This document shows, piece after piece, positions 35,006-43,894 of a DNA stretch of 45,337 bases. The DNA comes from a virus (Duplodnaviria; Caudoviricetes). The position numbers and the translations under genes are program-made. The stretch covers positions 1-45,337 of IMG/VR virus record IMGVR_UViG_3300017553_000155; one strand, 5' to 3'. The first letter of the stretch is position 1. Each line of letters starts with the position of its first letter. A model generated the notes under the pieces. That model searched no databases. It saw only the letters and a program-made list of their open reading frames with translations, and had not been told where the DNA came from.

Positions 35006-35379
35006 TTTGCGAACTCCGCCTTGAGGGATGCGAGTTGTTCGGACTGCCATTTCATCCGCTGTTCGAGTTCTGCGATGTGAACGCCACGTTCGAAGTCGCG
35101 CCACCAACGAGTGTCAGCGCCTTCCATGATGGACTGCATCAATTCGAAGCCAACATCGGAACGGAGAAGATTGATAAGCGCGTCGGCTCCGGGTTCTGTA
35201 CGGCCTTCGAGCCACAGTTCAGCGGCTCGTTGAGAGATTTCAGCGCGACTTGAGAGATTGATTGCAGTTTTGGCAGGCCAGAGCCTACGAGCCATGTTGC
35301 AAACCGCGTCCACACAGCGAATCCGCTTTCGGTTCTTAGCGAATCCAGACCCAGCAAAAAGAGGCAATGATGCAGACAT
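35002..35379 (-). CDS. HTH protein at the CII position
   Basis: HTH-like ISQRAAELWLEGRTEP; directly after cro. Confidence 0.55.
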   Translation of the reverse strand: MSASLPLFAGSGFAKNRKRIRCVDAVCNMARRLWPAKTAINLSSRAEISQRAAELWLEGRTEPGADALINLLRSDVGFELMQSIMEGADTRWWRDFERGVHIAELEQRMKWQSEQLASLKAEFAK

Positions 35380-35645
35380 CAGATAGCTGCCATTTCTGGC
35401 TGGCTACCAACCGAAGGATTATAAGGTGCATCAAATAAGTCAGGACGGATTAGCCATTTTGGAACAGCGCCCCGTGAGGCGTTGTGAATTGCAGCGGCCA
35501 ACTCAGGCGCAGGATCGTTGTCACGATTAAGCGCTCGCGAAATTGTTTGCTGTGAAAAGCATCCAATCGCTTTGGCAAGTTTCTGCTGCGAACCGAAAAA
35601 CTCGATAGCCGCAGCCATTCCGGGGTGTTGATCTCTCGTGCTCAT
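35379..35645 (-). CDS. cro: Cro/YdaS-like repressor
   Basis: FGSQQKLAKAIG...LIRPDLF; divergent from cI. Confidence 0.8.
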   Translation of the reverse strand: MSTRDQHPGMAAAIEFFGSQQKLAKAIGCFSQQTISRALNRDNDPAPELAAAIHNASRGAVPKWLIRPDLFDAPYNPSVGSQPEMAAI

Positions 35646-35646
35646 A

Positions 35647-35711
35647 TACTCGTTTTAACTCAATTTCGAGTAACATGCAATCGAGTTGGATTAATTACCC
35701 GCAAACGAGTA
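35647..35711. promoter_or_regulatory. cI/cro operator region and cro promoter
   Basis: Operator-like 16-mers AACTCAATTTCGAGTA (35657), AACATGCAATCGAGTT (35672), TACCCGCAAACGAGTA (35696); minus-strand TTGCAT-N17-TAAAAC-N6-ATG. Confidence 0.75.
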
Positions 35712-35722
35712 GAAAATAAGTT

Positions 35723-36349
35723 ATGGACAAGACATTCGGACAAACTGTGCGGGATGAACGTGAACGGCGCGGCCTTAGTCAGGCTGATCTGGCGGCACTC
35801 GCTAACACAACGCAACAATCTATTGACCGTATTGAGAGGGATGCCGTCAAACGCTCTCGCTCAATGATAGAAGTTGCTGTAGCATTAGGGCTAACTCTGC
35901 CTGCAAAGGTCGAGGGTGCAAATGCAGTAGTTGGTAGCGTAGTGGGTTTGGACGGGGGTCAGCGTATGCCTCTTTATGGTCATGCAGTCGGCGGCAAGCA
36001 CGGTGAGTTTGTGCTTAACGGCAACAAGATTGATGACATTCTAGCGCCTCCAATGCTTCGGGGAATCCGTGAAGCTTATGGTGTCTATGTAGTTGGCGAG
36101 AGCATGGAGCCGCGGTATTTCTCGGGAGAAGTGCTGTATATCAATCCGCGCGTCCCTATCCGGAGGGGTGACTTTGTGGTTGCTCAGATCGCGCATGATG
36201 AACACACGCCACCGCTCGCTTACGTCAAACGCTTTGTCTCAAATGGCGAGACGTTAAAGCTGGAGCAGTTCAACCCTCACGAAGTCCTTGAATTTGACGC
36301 GTCTGACGTTGTTTCAATCCATAAAGTGGTGATGGCGGGTGAAGGCTGA
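35723..36349 (+). CDS. cI: CI-like repressor (XRE HTH + S24 autopeptidase)
   Basis: GLSQADLA HTH, HAVGG cleavage region, GESMEP Ser, YVKR Lys. Confidence 0.9.
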   Translation: MDKTFGQTVRDERERRGLSQADLAALANTTQQSIDRIERDAVKRSRSMIEVAVALGLTLPAKVEGANAVVGSVVGLDGGQRMPLYGHAVGGKHGEFVLNGNKIDDILAPPMLRGIREAYGVYVVGESMEPRYFSGEVLYINPRVPIRRGDFVVAQIAHDEHTPPLAYVKRFVSNGETLKLEQFNPHEVLEFDASDVVSIHKVVMAGEG

Positions 36350-36854
36350 TCGCTTAAACCGCAAAAAACTCACTGTTGTTTTTATGGCGCCAATATTCAT
36401 CGCAATGTTTATTGGGTCGGGTCTTTATTCCACGATAATGCGCATTCCCGATATGTGGGCTGCTGAACGATGGAACCACGCAGAATATATTGTGGCTAAA
36501 TCTCACGGGAAAACCGTCGAGCAGTACCGCAGCGAGCAATATGATCGTTGGCGCGTTCGGCACGATAAGTGCTTAAAAGAAGCTCGAGAGAAACGTTCAC
36601 ATCCCGATCTCTATACCGACCAAGAACGGGAAAAATATGCCAAGATTGAATGCTACTTTTTCCCGACTGTGACGGCGATACCGAAAGATGATTTCCGCTC
36701 ATACGCTTCCGGGCTGGTCGTATTGCTTCCAACTTTCAGCACAATTATGATTTTTCTCATTGCATCAGCATTGCTGTCAGCGCTGATTGTGTATGTTTTA
36801 CCGTGGCTTGTGGTGGCGTTACCGAAACGCCTCTGGAATTGGCTACACAATTAA
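36339..36854 (+). CDS. Membrane protein co-transcribed with cI (superinfection-exclusion/defence candidate)
   Basis: Overlaps the cI stop; N- and C-terminal hydrophobic helices flank a loop with two Cys. Confidence 0.6.
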   Translation: MKADRLNRKKLTVVFMAPIFIAMFIGSGLYSTIMRIPDMWAAERWNHAEYIVAKSHGKTVEQYRSEQYDRWRVRHDKCLKEAREKRSHPDLYTDQEREKYAKIECYFFPTVTAIPKDDFRSYASGLVVLLPTFSTIMIFLIASALLSALIVYVLPWLVVALPKRLWNWLHN

Positions 36855-36896
36855 CTCGAAAACGAGTTGACAATATAACTCAATAACGAGTAATGT
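36853..36896 (+). promoter_or_regulatory. Early promoter with two repressor operators
   Basis: TTGACA-N18-TAATGT overlapped by AACTCG-AAAA-CGAGTT (36853) and AACTCA-ATAA-CGAGTA (36877). Confidence 0.8.
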
Positions 36897-36920
36897 TCTC
36901 TCACAAGGAGGGCATTACCC

Positions 36921-37280
36921 ATGCTCAAATCTCACATCAAAGACAAGTACACGCGCATCTTGCTCGAAACCCATGACGGGGCAGGGCAGATCGAAATGGT
37001 TGACGCCTGTGTTGTAATTGGCGCGACCGACAAGGACATCATCAAGGCCGCTGACGGCTACGAGACGCACGGTATTGTTCGCTTTGATGTGCGGACCATG
37101 CGCGGCTCAGACATTACCGAAGATGTCGCCAAATCCTACGAAGGCCCGTTCAACGACGATGCGCCACAGTGGATTCAATCACTCCCAAACTTTCACCTGA
37201 TCGCTGCTGAAGAAGCCGACGACGACCGCACCTATCGTGCGCATGTCCGCTCGTTCTCCAGCCCGTCGATTTACCTGTGA
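36921..37280 (+). CDS. Hypothetical protein, first gene of the early operon
   Basis: AAGGAGG RBS. Confidence 0.75.
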   Translation: MLKSHIKDKYTRILLETHDGAGQIEMVDACVVIGATDKDIIKAADGYETHGIVRFDVRTMRGSDITEDVAKSYEGPFNDDAPQWIQSLPNFHLIAAEEADDDRTYRAHVRSFSSPSIYL

Positions 37281-37289
37281 GGTGATGGA

Positions 37290-37460
37290 ATGGCCAAAAC
37301 GCTCAACATTTCAGGTCACACCCGCCGCGCAACGCTGGAAGCTGAACAGGCAGCACAGCGCAAAGAGGAAATGACGCAAGCCGTATGGACCGGCGTTCTG
37401 GTCCGCGATGTTGCTTTCGCACTTGCCGCCGATTTTCCGGGCGAGGTGCGCCATGGATGA
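37290..37460 (+). CDS. Small hypothetical protein (56 aa; not in the ORF track)
   Basis: GAGGTG RBS, MAKTLNISGHTRR... Confidence 0.55.
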   Translation: MAKTLNISGHTRRATLEAEQAAQRKEEMTQAVWTGVLVRDVAFALAADFPGEVRHG

Positions 37461-37542
37461 CATCCTCTTCGATCTTTTCTCGTTCGTGACAGTCGTCACA
37501 TTCGTTTCCGTATTCGCAGTTTGGGCGGAGTATTTTTCATGA
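37453..37542 (+). CDS. 29-aa single-TM peptide (not in the ORF track)
   Basis: GAGG RBS, MDDILFDLFSFVTVVTFVSVFAVWAEYFS; overlaps both neighbours. Confidence 0.45.
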   Translation: MDDILFDLFSFVTVVTFVSVFAVWAEYFS

Positions 37543-37745
37543 TGGAAATCTCCGTTCACCGCGTCACGAAGATTGAGCTTGTCAGTAAAAATGACAGGAA
37601 CAGCAACTGCCGCACCATCCGCATCGTGGCGGACGATGGTGAGCATGAACTGACGCTTTTTGGCGCAACTCATGCTGTGGATGGTCTGCCACGCTCCGAA
37701 GATTTTACTGATTTCACAAAGGCCAGAGGTGACGCCAATGGCTGA
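37539..37745 (+). CDS. Hypothetical protein
   Basis: GGAG RBS; MMEISVHRVTKIEL... Confidence 0.6.
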   Translation: MMEISVHRVTKIELVSKNDRNSNCRTIRIVADDGEHELTLFGATHAVDGLPRSEDFTDFTKARGDANG

Positions 37746-37947
37746 TACACAAACCACACAGTCAGCTTTCGAGAATGAAGTCGAGTTTCTGGAGTGGGCT
37801 TATCAAACTCTCGGAGAAATCAATCCTTCGAACTACAACCATGATGACGTGTGCGAGCTTAACGACAAGTCTGTTGAGGTCATTCTCGCAATAGGCGTTC
37901 GGTTGAAGTCGTTTGGATTTTCTCCAGAAGGGCAGACCAATGGCTAA
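37738..37947 (+). CDS. Hypothetical protein
   Basis: GAGGTG RBS; MADTQTTQ... Confidence 0.6.
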   Translation: MADTQTTQSAFENEVEFLEWAYQTLGEINPSNYNHDDVCELNDKSVEVILAIGVRLKSFGFSPEGQTNG

Positions 37948-38182
37948 AACGAATGTATTTTTGTGCGGCTGTTGCAAGCAAGGCTTCAATTCAGAGCGAG
38001 CCGTCACTGACCACATAAAGGCCAGTCATAAAGGTAAGGCAACGCGGATTTACAGAACCGTCAAGCTGATTGACTTGCGCGACCAGTGCGAGCGCGAGCC
38101 AAGTATGGCTGAACTCACCATAGAAGCAGAAATAAACAAGAACATGGGCCTGCCTTATGAGGCGTGGCTTTTAGGGGAGTGA
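37940..38182 (+). CDS. C2H2 zinc-finger protein
   Basis: C-x2-C-x12-H-x4-H (CGCCKQGFNSERAVTDHIKASH). Confidence 0.6.
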   Translation: MAKTNVFLCGCCKQGFNSERAVTDHIKASHKGKATRIYRTVKLIDLRDQCEREPSMAELTIEAEINKNMGLPYEAWLLGE

Positions 38183-38184
38183 TT

Positions 38185-39213
38185 ATGGCTGACATTTTCA
38201 CCTTCGATGGCAAACCGATCAGCAAGCCCGGCCTGTATATCTCGTCTGAAGCTGATTATCACGCGGATCGTCTTTGCCCGACGCCGAGCCTGTCACGTTC
38301 GATTGGTCAAAAGTTGCTGGATGAATCCGCACGTCACGCATGGACGGCTCACCCACGACTGAACACCGCCACGAAACCAGAAGAAGCACCACAGAAACGT
38401 GCTGAAATCGGATCGGCTGCACATGCGCTGTTACTCAGCCAGCCGACCAAAATAGAAATGATTGACGCGCCGACCTATCAGACCAACGAGGCAAAGCGCC
38501 GGCGGATTGAAGCGCACAAGACTGGCGTTATCCCACTGTTGAAAGAAGACTACAAACTTCTGATGGACATGATGAATGTCGCTAAGCGCGAACTGTCGGT
38601 TCATGAGGAATCCGTTGTCCGAGCCTTGGTGACGGGTGAGCAGATCGGTGAATATTACAACGAAATCACCGCTTGCTGGCAGGATGTTGTTGGCGGTCAC
38701 TGGTGCCGTGCGCGTATCGACAGGCTTGTGATCGAGCCAAAGCGCATCACCGTGATCGATTACAAGACCACGGAAATGTCAGCGGCACCGGATTCCGTTC
38801 AAAAGGCGATCTACAACAACGATTATGAGCTGCAAGACGGCTTCTATCGTCGTGGAATCCGTCAGTTGTTCCCTGAGATCGACCGGCACGAGATCGCGCT
38901 CGACTTCCTGTTTGTTGTCCAGGAGCAGAAGCCGCCGCACGAAATTACCGTCGCGCGTCTCGATGTTCCGGGCCGTCAGATAGGTGAGAAAAAAGCCAGT
39001 GCTGCAATCAGGCTCTGGGATCATCACATCACAACGAACGAATGGCCCGGTTATCCGAGCCAGACAAAGACCGCCGAAATGCCAGCGTGGACAGAAACCC
39101 GTTGGCTTGCTCGCGAGATCGAAGACGAACGCCTGCAAAATCTGCCGTTCGATCCGATGAACCCATTTGAAGAAGTGCCATACCGGCCAAAGCCGATAGC
39201 GCTTCCTTGCTGA
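38185..39213 (+). CDS. RecE / exonuclease VIII-like PD-(D/E)XK nuclease
   Basis: YHAD...SLSRS, GSAAH, CRARID...IDYKTT, YELQDGFY. Confidence 0.85.
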   Translation: MADIFTFDGKPISKPGLYISSEADYHADRLCPTPSLSRSIGQKLLDESARHAWTAHPRLNTATKPEEAPQKRAEIGSAAHALLLSQPTKIEMIDAPTYQTNEAKRRRIEAHKTGVIPLLKEDYKLLMDMMNVAKRELSVHEESVVRALVTGEQIGEYYNEITACWQDVVGGHWCRARIDRLVIEPKRITVIDYKTTEMSAAPDSVQKAIYNNDYELQDGFYRRGIRQLFPEIDRHEIALDFLFVVQEQKPPHEITVARLDVPGRQIGEKKASAAIRLWDHHITTNEWPGYPSQTKTAEMPAWTETRWLAREIEDERLQNLPFDPMNPFEEVPYRPKPIALPC

Positions 39214-39220
39214 GGACGCC

Positions 39221-40324
39221 ATGACCAATTTTGAATTCACTGATGCTGTACGCGATGACACCAGCCTGCTTATTGCTATTGCGGGTGCGTCAGGCAGCGG
39301 CAAGACATACAGCGCCCTGAAGCTTGCAACTGGCTTGGCTCAGGGTGAACCGATCTACGGCATTGATACCGAAGCCAAGCGCATGCTGCATTATGCGAGC
39401 GAGTTCAATTTCAAGCATCTCGACATGCGCCCACCGTTTACGCCTGAAGCATTCATGCAGGCGATCCAGACCGCAGAGCGTGCAGGGGCGAAAGTGATCA
39501 TCGTCGACTCGATGTCGGACGAATATGAAGGCGTCGGCGGACTGCAGGAAATGCACGATGATGAAGTCGCACGTCTTGCTCGTAAGCCGTACGACAAATT
39601 GGAAGGCTATGAGGTCGATAAGTACAACGCGCCGGGCTGGAAGATTCCGAAGACCCGCCATAAAACCCGGCTCATTTCCCCACTTCGTCAGGTCCGCTGT
39701 TACGTGATCTTCTGCATGCGTGCCGAGGAAAAGATCAAGTTCGTCAAGGTAAAGGACGAACGCACAGGCCGCGAGAAGAACGCCATCGAACAAGCTGGCT
39801 GGACTCCGGTCTGCGAGAAGCGGTTCATGTATGACATGACGATGAGTTTCACCGTCACCCCGGAAAATCCCGGCGTACCGCTCATCAAAGACGGTCAGGC
39901 TGTTTATGGAAAGCTCCAAACGCAGCATCTCGCGTTCTTCCCTGAAGGCAAGAAAGTTACAGAAGACGCAGGCCGTCAGCTTCGTGCATGGGCGCGCGGT
40001 GAAACTGCACAATCATCGAATGCAACCTCGCGGAATGCCTCTCCCGCGAGCGCATCGGACGCCGGGGAAACCCCGCCCTCAAACCCATCCCCGGCGTCCG
40101 TATCTAATCAGGTCCTACTTGTCGCGTATCACCAGTTGCTCGACGAGACGCAGAACCGTGACGATCTGGTCAAGGCACACACCGAATACAGGCCGAAATT
40201 TGAAGGGCGTGACGAGCCTGTGCAAACCGCAGCAAAGTACATTTTTGGCGCACATCAGGACCGCATCATCAAGGGCATGGAAATGCCGGACATCTACGAA
40301 GCAATTGAAAAGGTGCCGCTATGA
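39221..40324 (+). CDS. Sak4-like AAA ATPase recombinase
   Basis: GASGSGKT Walker A, IDTE, IIVDSMS; follows the exonuclease. Confidence 0.8.
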   Translation: MTNFEFTDAVRDDTSLLIAIAGASGSGKTYSALKLATGLAQGEPIYGIDTEAKRMLHYASEFNFKHLDMRPPFTPEAFMQAIQTAERAGAKVIIVDSMSDEYEGVGGLQEMHDDEVARLARKPYDKLEGYEVDKYNAPGWKIPKTRHKTRLISPLRQVRCYVIFCMRAEEKIKFVKVKDERTGREKNAIEQAGWTPVCEKRFMYDMTMSFTVTPENPGVPLIKDGQAVYGKLQTQHLAFFPEGKKVTEDAGRQLRAWARGETAQSSNATSRNASPASASDAGETPPSNPSPASVSNQVLLVAYHQLLDETQNRDDLVKAHTEYRPKFEGRDEPVQTAAKYIFGAHQDRIIKGMEMPDIYEAIEKVPL

Positions 40325-40524
40325 CGGATCGCCGGAACAATTGCGACTTAGGGATCAACTGCCTCTGTGATCGTGATGGTGAGCCGTATTGCGCTCATCA
40401 ATACCGCCAGCCGGAGCGCATCAGTTTCGCTCTTGCCCTCACCATTTTCGCGATCAGCTGTGGACTCGTCGTTGTGCCGCTCGCTGTCGTCGCATTCCGC
40501 TACTTCGGAGGCTTGCGCCCATGA
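40321..40524 (+). CDS. Small Cys-rich protein with C-terminal TM
   Basis: Coupled ORF. Confidence 0.55.
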   Translation: MTDRRNNCDLGINCLCDRDGEPYCAHQYRQPERISFALALTIFAISCGLVVVPLAVVAFRYFGGLRP

Positions 40525-40835
40525 CCATCCCAGATGAAGCACAGTTTGATCCAAACTGCCCGTTTGACGCGATAGCAGAAGCAACACGGCAGAGTGTTGG
40601 AATGGTTGTGTTTGATGCCTTCACAAGTGACCAATCAAATGACTTACCGACGATTGAACGCCGAAGAGCGATCATGGCAGGAGCACTGGTCGGGGTTATA
40701 GGAACATACCTCGTTATGTTCGATGGGGTGTCAGAAAGCGACATCATCCAGATGCTGACGCTCGACATTAATCAAGCACTTGCGAACGCCCTTGTCGTAG
40801 CAAAACAGGCTTGTGAAAAAGGATCAGTCCAATGA
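40521..40835 (+). CDS. Hypothetical protein
   Basis: GGAGG RBS, MTIPDEAQFDP...; ATGA-coupled. Confidence 0.6.
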   Translation: MTIPDEAQFDPNCPFDAIAEATRQSVGMVVFDAFTSDQSNDLPTIERRRAIMAGALVGVIGTYLVMFDGVSESDIIQMLTLDINQALANALVVAKQACEKGSVQ

Positions 40836-41518
40836 CCCCGGCCATCCCAGATGAAGCAGTACAGGCTATGCCAGAGCGCATTTATGCCAAGACGCACGGA
40901 GCAAGCACCGATGTTATCAGCGGTCAGCGCGGGTTGATTGGTGGCTGGAATGAACACAAGCGAGACGGACAGACAGAGTTTGTCCGCGCCGATCTTGCCG
41001 CCCCATTCCTGCAAGGGGTGAAGCAAGAGCCTATCGGTTATTTGTTTCAACATGAAGAAACCGGGCTGACACAAGTTGTTGAGGTGCAGCAAGTCGAGTG
41101 GGGATTTGAAAAGAACAATCCTCGCTGGAAGAAAATCAGCCCTGTGTATTCCGCTCCCGTTTCGAGCCCATCCCCGCGTGCGCAGGCGTTGGAGGAAGCG
41201 GCGAAGATTGCCTTCGATGTTTCCGAGAATGGTCACTACTACGGCGAAGCATCTGTAGACAGCACAAGCTCAATCTATCAGCAGGGCGCATTTGAGGTTT
41301 ACGAGGCTCTCCGCGCCCTGTCGTCTCAGCCTGTAGCGGCCCAATTACCGCAGGACGTTATTAATCTAGTCATCGCAGCGCGTGAGGCTTGGGACACTTG
41401 GCAATTACCAGAAGAAGAATTTAAGAGGCTTGATACGGCACTTGAAGCCTTTGCCAGCCGCGTTCCTTACGAGAATGAGCCAGAAGCCCTCCCAGCCTCA
41501 CCGGGAGCGTCGGAATGA
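40832..41518 (+). CDS. Hypothetical mosaic (Ea/nin-region-like) protein
   Basis: PERI...FVRADL and RAQALEEAA modules typical of early accessory phage genes. Confidence 0.65.
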   Translation: MTPAIPDEAVQAMPERIYAKTHGASTDVISGQRGLIGGWNEHKRDGQTEFVRADLAAPFLQGVKQEPIGYLFQHEETGLTQVVEVQQVEWGFEKNNPRWKKISPVYSAPVSSPSPRAQALEEAAKIAFDVSENGHYYGEASVDSTSSIYQQGAFEVYEALRALSSQPVAAQLPQDVINLVIAAREAWDTWQLPEEEFKRLDTALEAFASRVPYENEPEALPASPGASE

Positions 41519-41742
41519 TCAAGTTGACGAAACCTCAAGAGAGGATGCTTCGGGAGATTGTTGCCACGAATGGGGGCGGCATATCCGGTTTTATCCTGAG
41601 CGAAAGAGTGATGCGCGCCCTCGAAAGCAAGGGTCTAATTCAAGGAAAACTAAACGCTTCACATCGAGCCGTTCACACTCGAATTGGCCTTGAATGGGTT
41701 CGCAATAACCCTACCCGCCCGACAGGAGGCAGCGATGTCTGA
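41515..41742 (+). CDS. Small wHTH-like protein
   Basis: KLTKPQERML...MRALESKGLI...TRIG. Confidence 0.55.
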   Translation: MIKLTKPQERMLREIVATNGGGISGFILSERVMRALESKGLIQGKLNASHRAVHTRIGLEWVRNNPTRPTGGSDV

Positions 41743-42517
41743 TCGGATCACACAGAAGTATTTGCGACTCTGGCCTGACAGCAAATGCTCTAAGTCATGG
41801 GCTGGTCGTTTGGTTCATATTCAGACCGAGAATGGCGTTTGGCGCACCAATGGAAAAGGATACACATACGCCGGGAAAGATGACGCATGGGTTTTGCCGT
41901 TCGAGGATGCCCAGAAAGAGGTTTCACATTGCGGGCCTGAAAAGCAGGCCACTTTTATCGCAGTCACCCGCCCCGCCGCGCCGGTCGAGGGGTTGGAGAC
42001 GGTGGAAGCACAGGTGCTAAAGGATGGTGTTTGGCAAACCGTTCAACCGGGAGGATCGCTTTACGGACTTCGACCAACGCGAGGTCTAGTGCCACGTCCG
42101 CAGGCCGAGGCCATCATTGCGGCGAAGGATGCGGAAATCAAGCAACTCAAAGCTGATCTTCAAACCCATATCGACGGAACAACCGCTCTGGTGGATGAAA
42201 AGATCGACGCTGAATTTAAAGCAGTTGACCTTGCAAAAGACAACGCGGCGCTGACTGCGCGGGTTAAGGAGTTGGAAGCCGAGTGCAATGAACTCGTAAG
42301 AACCTCAAATGAAGTCATCGGGCAGCGTGATCATGCGCTGAACCTGTGCGCACAAATGGAAGAGGACAAAGAAGCCCTCGAAACCCAACTCGCGTCGGCT
42401 CGGAAGGCGTTGAAATCTATTGCAGACGCTCCTGCATGGGGGTTTCCTGAAAAGTGGGAGACAACACCGGCAGAAGTTCGCCAGCTTGCCCGCGCCGCCT
42501 TGGAGGGTAAGCCATGA
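41735..42517 (+). CDS. Hypothetical coiled-coil protein
   Basis: AGGAGG RBS before ATG 41735; C-terminal heptad repeats. Confidence 0.65.
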   Translation: MSDRITQKYLRLWPDSKCSKSWAGRLVHIQTENGVWRTNGKGYTYAGKDDAWVLPFEDAQKEVSHCGPEKQATFIAVTRPAAPVEGLETVEAQVLKDGVWQTVQPGGSLYGLRPTRGLVPRPQAEAIIAAKDAEIKQLKADLQTHIDGTTALVDEKIDAEFKAVDLAKDNAALTARVKELEAECNELVRTSNEVIGQRDHALNLCAQMEEDKEALETQLASARKALKSIADAPAWGFPEKWETTPAEVRQLARAALEGKP

Positions 42518-42930
42518 CCCTCATTGACAGACTATCCAAGCTGGGCGCGCCGGACAGGGAAGTGGATGCGCGCATTTGGTGTGAAGTGAACGGTGTTGTG
42601 TATCTCGACCATTACCCACTGATGCATGAAACACAGGTGTTCTACAAAGAAAAGGGCAGGAGGAAAGAACAAGTCAGCGGTGACGATATCCCTCACGCTG
42701 CACTTTACACCACCTCTGTAGACGCGGCTATCGCGCTGGCTGAGAGGGTATTGCCGGGGTGGAATGGCGATCTCGATATCGGAAAACCGATAGCTGACAG
42801 CGGCAAAATGGGATGTCGAATTTGGACGCCTGAAAGCAAGTATCACAACTATGTCGGAGAAGGCTTCAATTCAGCAACCGCGTTGCTGATCGCCATCTTG
42901 CGCGCAAAGGAGGCCAGCTATGGTCAGTAA
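42514..42930 (+). CDS. Hypothetical phage protein (possibly ABA-sandwich-like)
   Basis: PDREVDARI...YTTSVDAAIAL motif. Confidence 0.6.
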   Translation: MTLIDRLSKLGAPDREVDARIWCEVNGVVYLDHYPLMHETQVFYKEKGRRKEQVSGDDIPHAALYTTSVDAAIALAERVLPGWNGDLDIGKPIADSGKMGCRIWTPESKYHNYVGEGFNSATALLIAILRAKEASYGQ

Positions 42931-43108
42931 AGTCGCGCAAATCCGTGAGGAAATGAGGTTCGCGCAAGATTTGGCAAAGGGCCAAATACTTTTCGTAGCA
43001 ATCCCTGTTCTCAATGAAGAAGATCACAAAAAGCTTCAACTGTTGCAGGCGTCAAGAGCGTTGCAGATGCATCGGGAAGCCAGCCAACTAGGGGAGCAGA
43101 GCGAATGA
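42920..43108 (+). CDS. Hypothetical protein
   Basis: AAGGAGG RBS, coupled. Confidence 0.55.
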   Translation: MVSKVAQIREEMRFAQDLAKGQILFVAIPVLNEEDHKKLQLLQASRALQMHREASQLGEQSE

Positions 43109-43278
43109 AGGAGGTTTTGTGGCGATTGAAATTCGTCCAGCTTATGAAACCGCACCAGCCGTTTGTTCCTTTGCGTGAACTCTGGGATTGGTCTTTGCAT
43201 TGGATAGAACGGTCTGACACGCCAGAAAATGCAATCCGCATGTTCTTCGGTCGCCAAGCCATGAAAGGCGGTGAGTGA
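43105..43278 (+). CDS. Small hypothetical protein (57 aa; not in the ORF track)
   Basis: GGGGAG RBS, MKEVLWRLKF...; ATGA overlap. Confidence 0.5.
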   Translation: MKEVLWRLKFVQLMKPHQPFVPLRELWDWSLHWIERSDTPENAIRMFFGRQAMKGGE

Positions 43279-43280
43279 TG

Positions 43281-43550
43281 TCACCTCCCGCCCCATGGGT
43301 TTTTGGAAAGCCCGGTTTGCCTCGTGCAGATGTTGGAATACAGCAGTTGCAGGCGTTTGCCGTTACAGACCGAGCATTTCAGCTTGGGGGCAAGGTCATT
43401 CAACATCGCACCGTGTTCCGAGCCGAGCTTATCCGCCAGCGCCTGAATATCCAGTTCAGTGTATCGCCCGCACGTATGACAGTGCGCCGTGATGGTCTCA
43501 CCGCATCGCAGGCAATCGCCCAATGTCGCGTTCGTGCTGAATGTTCCCAT
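43281..43550 (-). CDS. Zinc-ribbon protein (CxxC...CxxC), opposite to the early operon
   Basis: GGAGG RBS, MGTFSTNATLGD...CHTC...CSVC. Confidence 0.65.
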   Translation of the reverse strand: MGTFSTNATLGDCLRCGETITAHCHTCGRYTELDIQALADKLGSEHGAMLNDLAPKLKCSVCNGKRLQLLYSNICTRQTGLSKNPWGGR

Positions 43551-43582
43551 GACAGCCTCCAAGGCTGGCTGTCTTATACCGT

Positions 43583-43597
43583 GAACGAAACGGAAAC
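43583..43597. promoter_or_regulatory. Possible alphaproteobacterial LexA box
   Basis: GAAC-N7-AAAC (one mismatch to GAAC-N7-GAAC) next to a minus-strand TATAAG. Confidence 0.35.
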
Positions 43598-43657
43598 AAA
43601 TCACAAAGGAGTTGCGCTCGAAAACACTCGTTCATCAACAACGTGAATAGGTGCTTC

Positions 43658-43894
43658 ATGAGCATCCAGCTTTTTATTGCAGATACCGAGATCGCTCGCC
43701 GTCTCGGACTTACAGCCCAAGAGTTCAAAACAAAATCGCCAGTTCTCGAACGAAGCGGTTTTCCAAAACAAGACCCGCAATTCAAAGATCGACGTTACTG
43801 GCCAGCGGTGAAAGCATTTCTAGACCGCCGGTATGGACTCGATGCAGGATCAACCCCGTCCAACCAACCAGAAGGAGAAGAGAATTGGACTTGA
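43658..43894 (+). CDS. xis: Excisionase-like protein
   Basis: EIARRLG...GFPKQDP...RRYWPAVKAFLDRR; overlaps the integrase start. Confidence 0.7.
   Translation: MSIQLFIADTEIARRLGLTAQEFKTKSPVLERSGFPKQDPQFKDRRYWPAVKAFLDRRYGLDAGSTPSNQPEGEENWT

Noticed and set aside
35646-36900. CtrA boxes (TTAA-N7-TTAA) in the immunity region
   Set aside because: Only isolated TTAA half-sites; the palindromes are better explained as CI operators.
43651-43884. 496-aa integrase with a long N-terminal extension
   Set aside because: The extension overlaps the xis gene in another frame; TTG at 43885 has a proper RBS.
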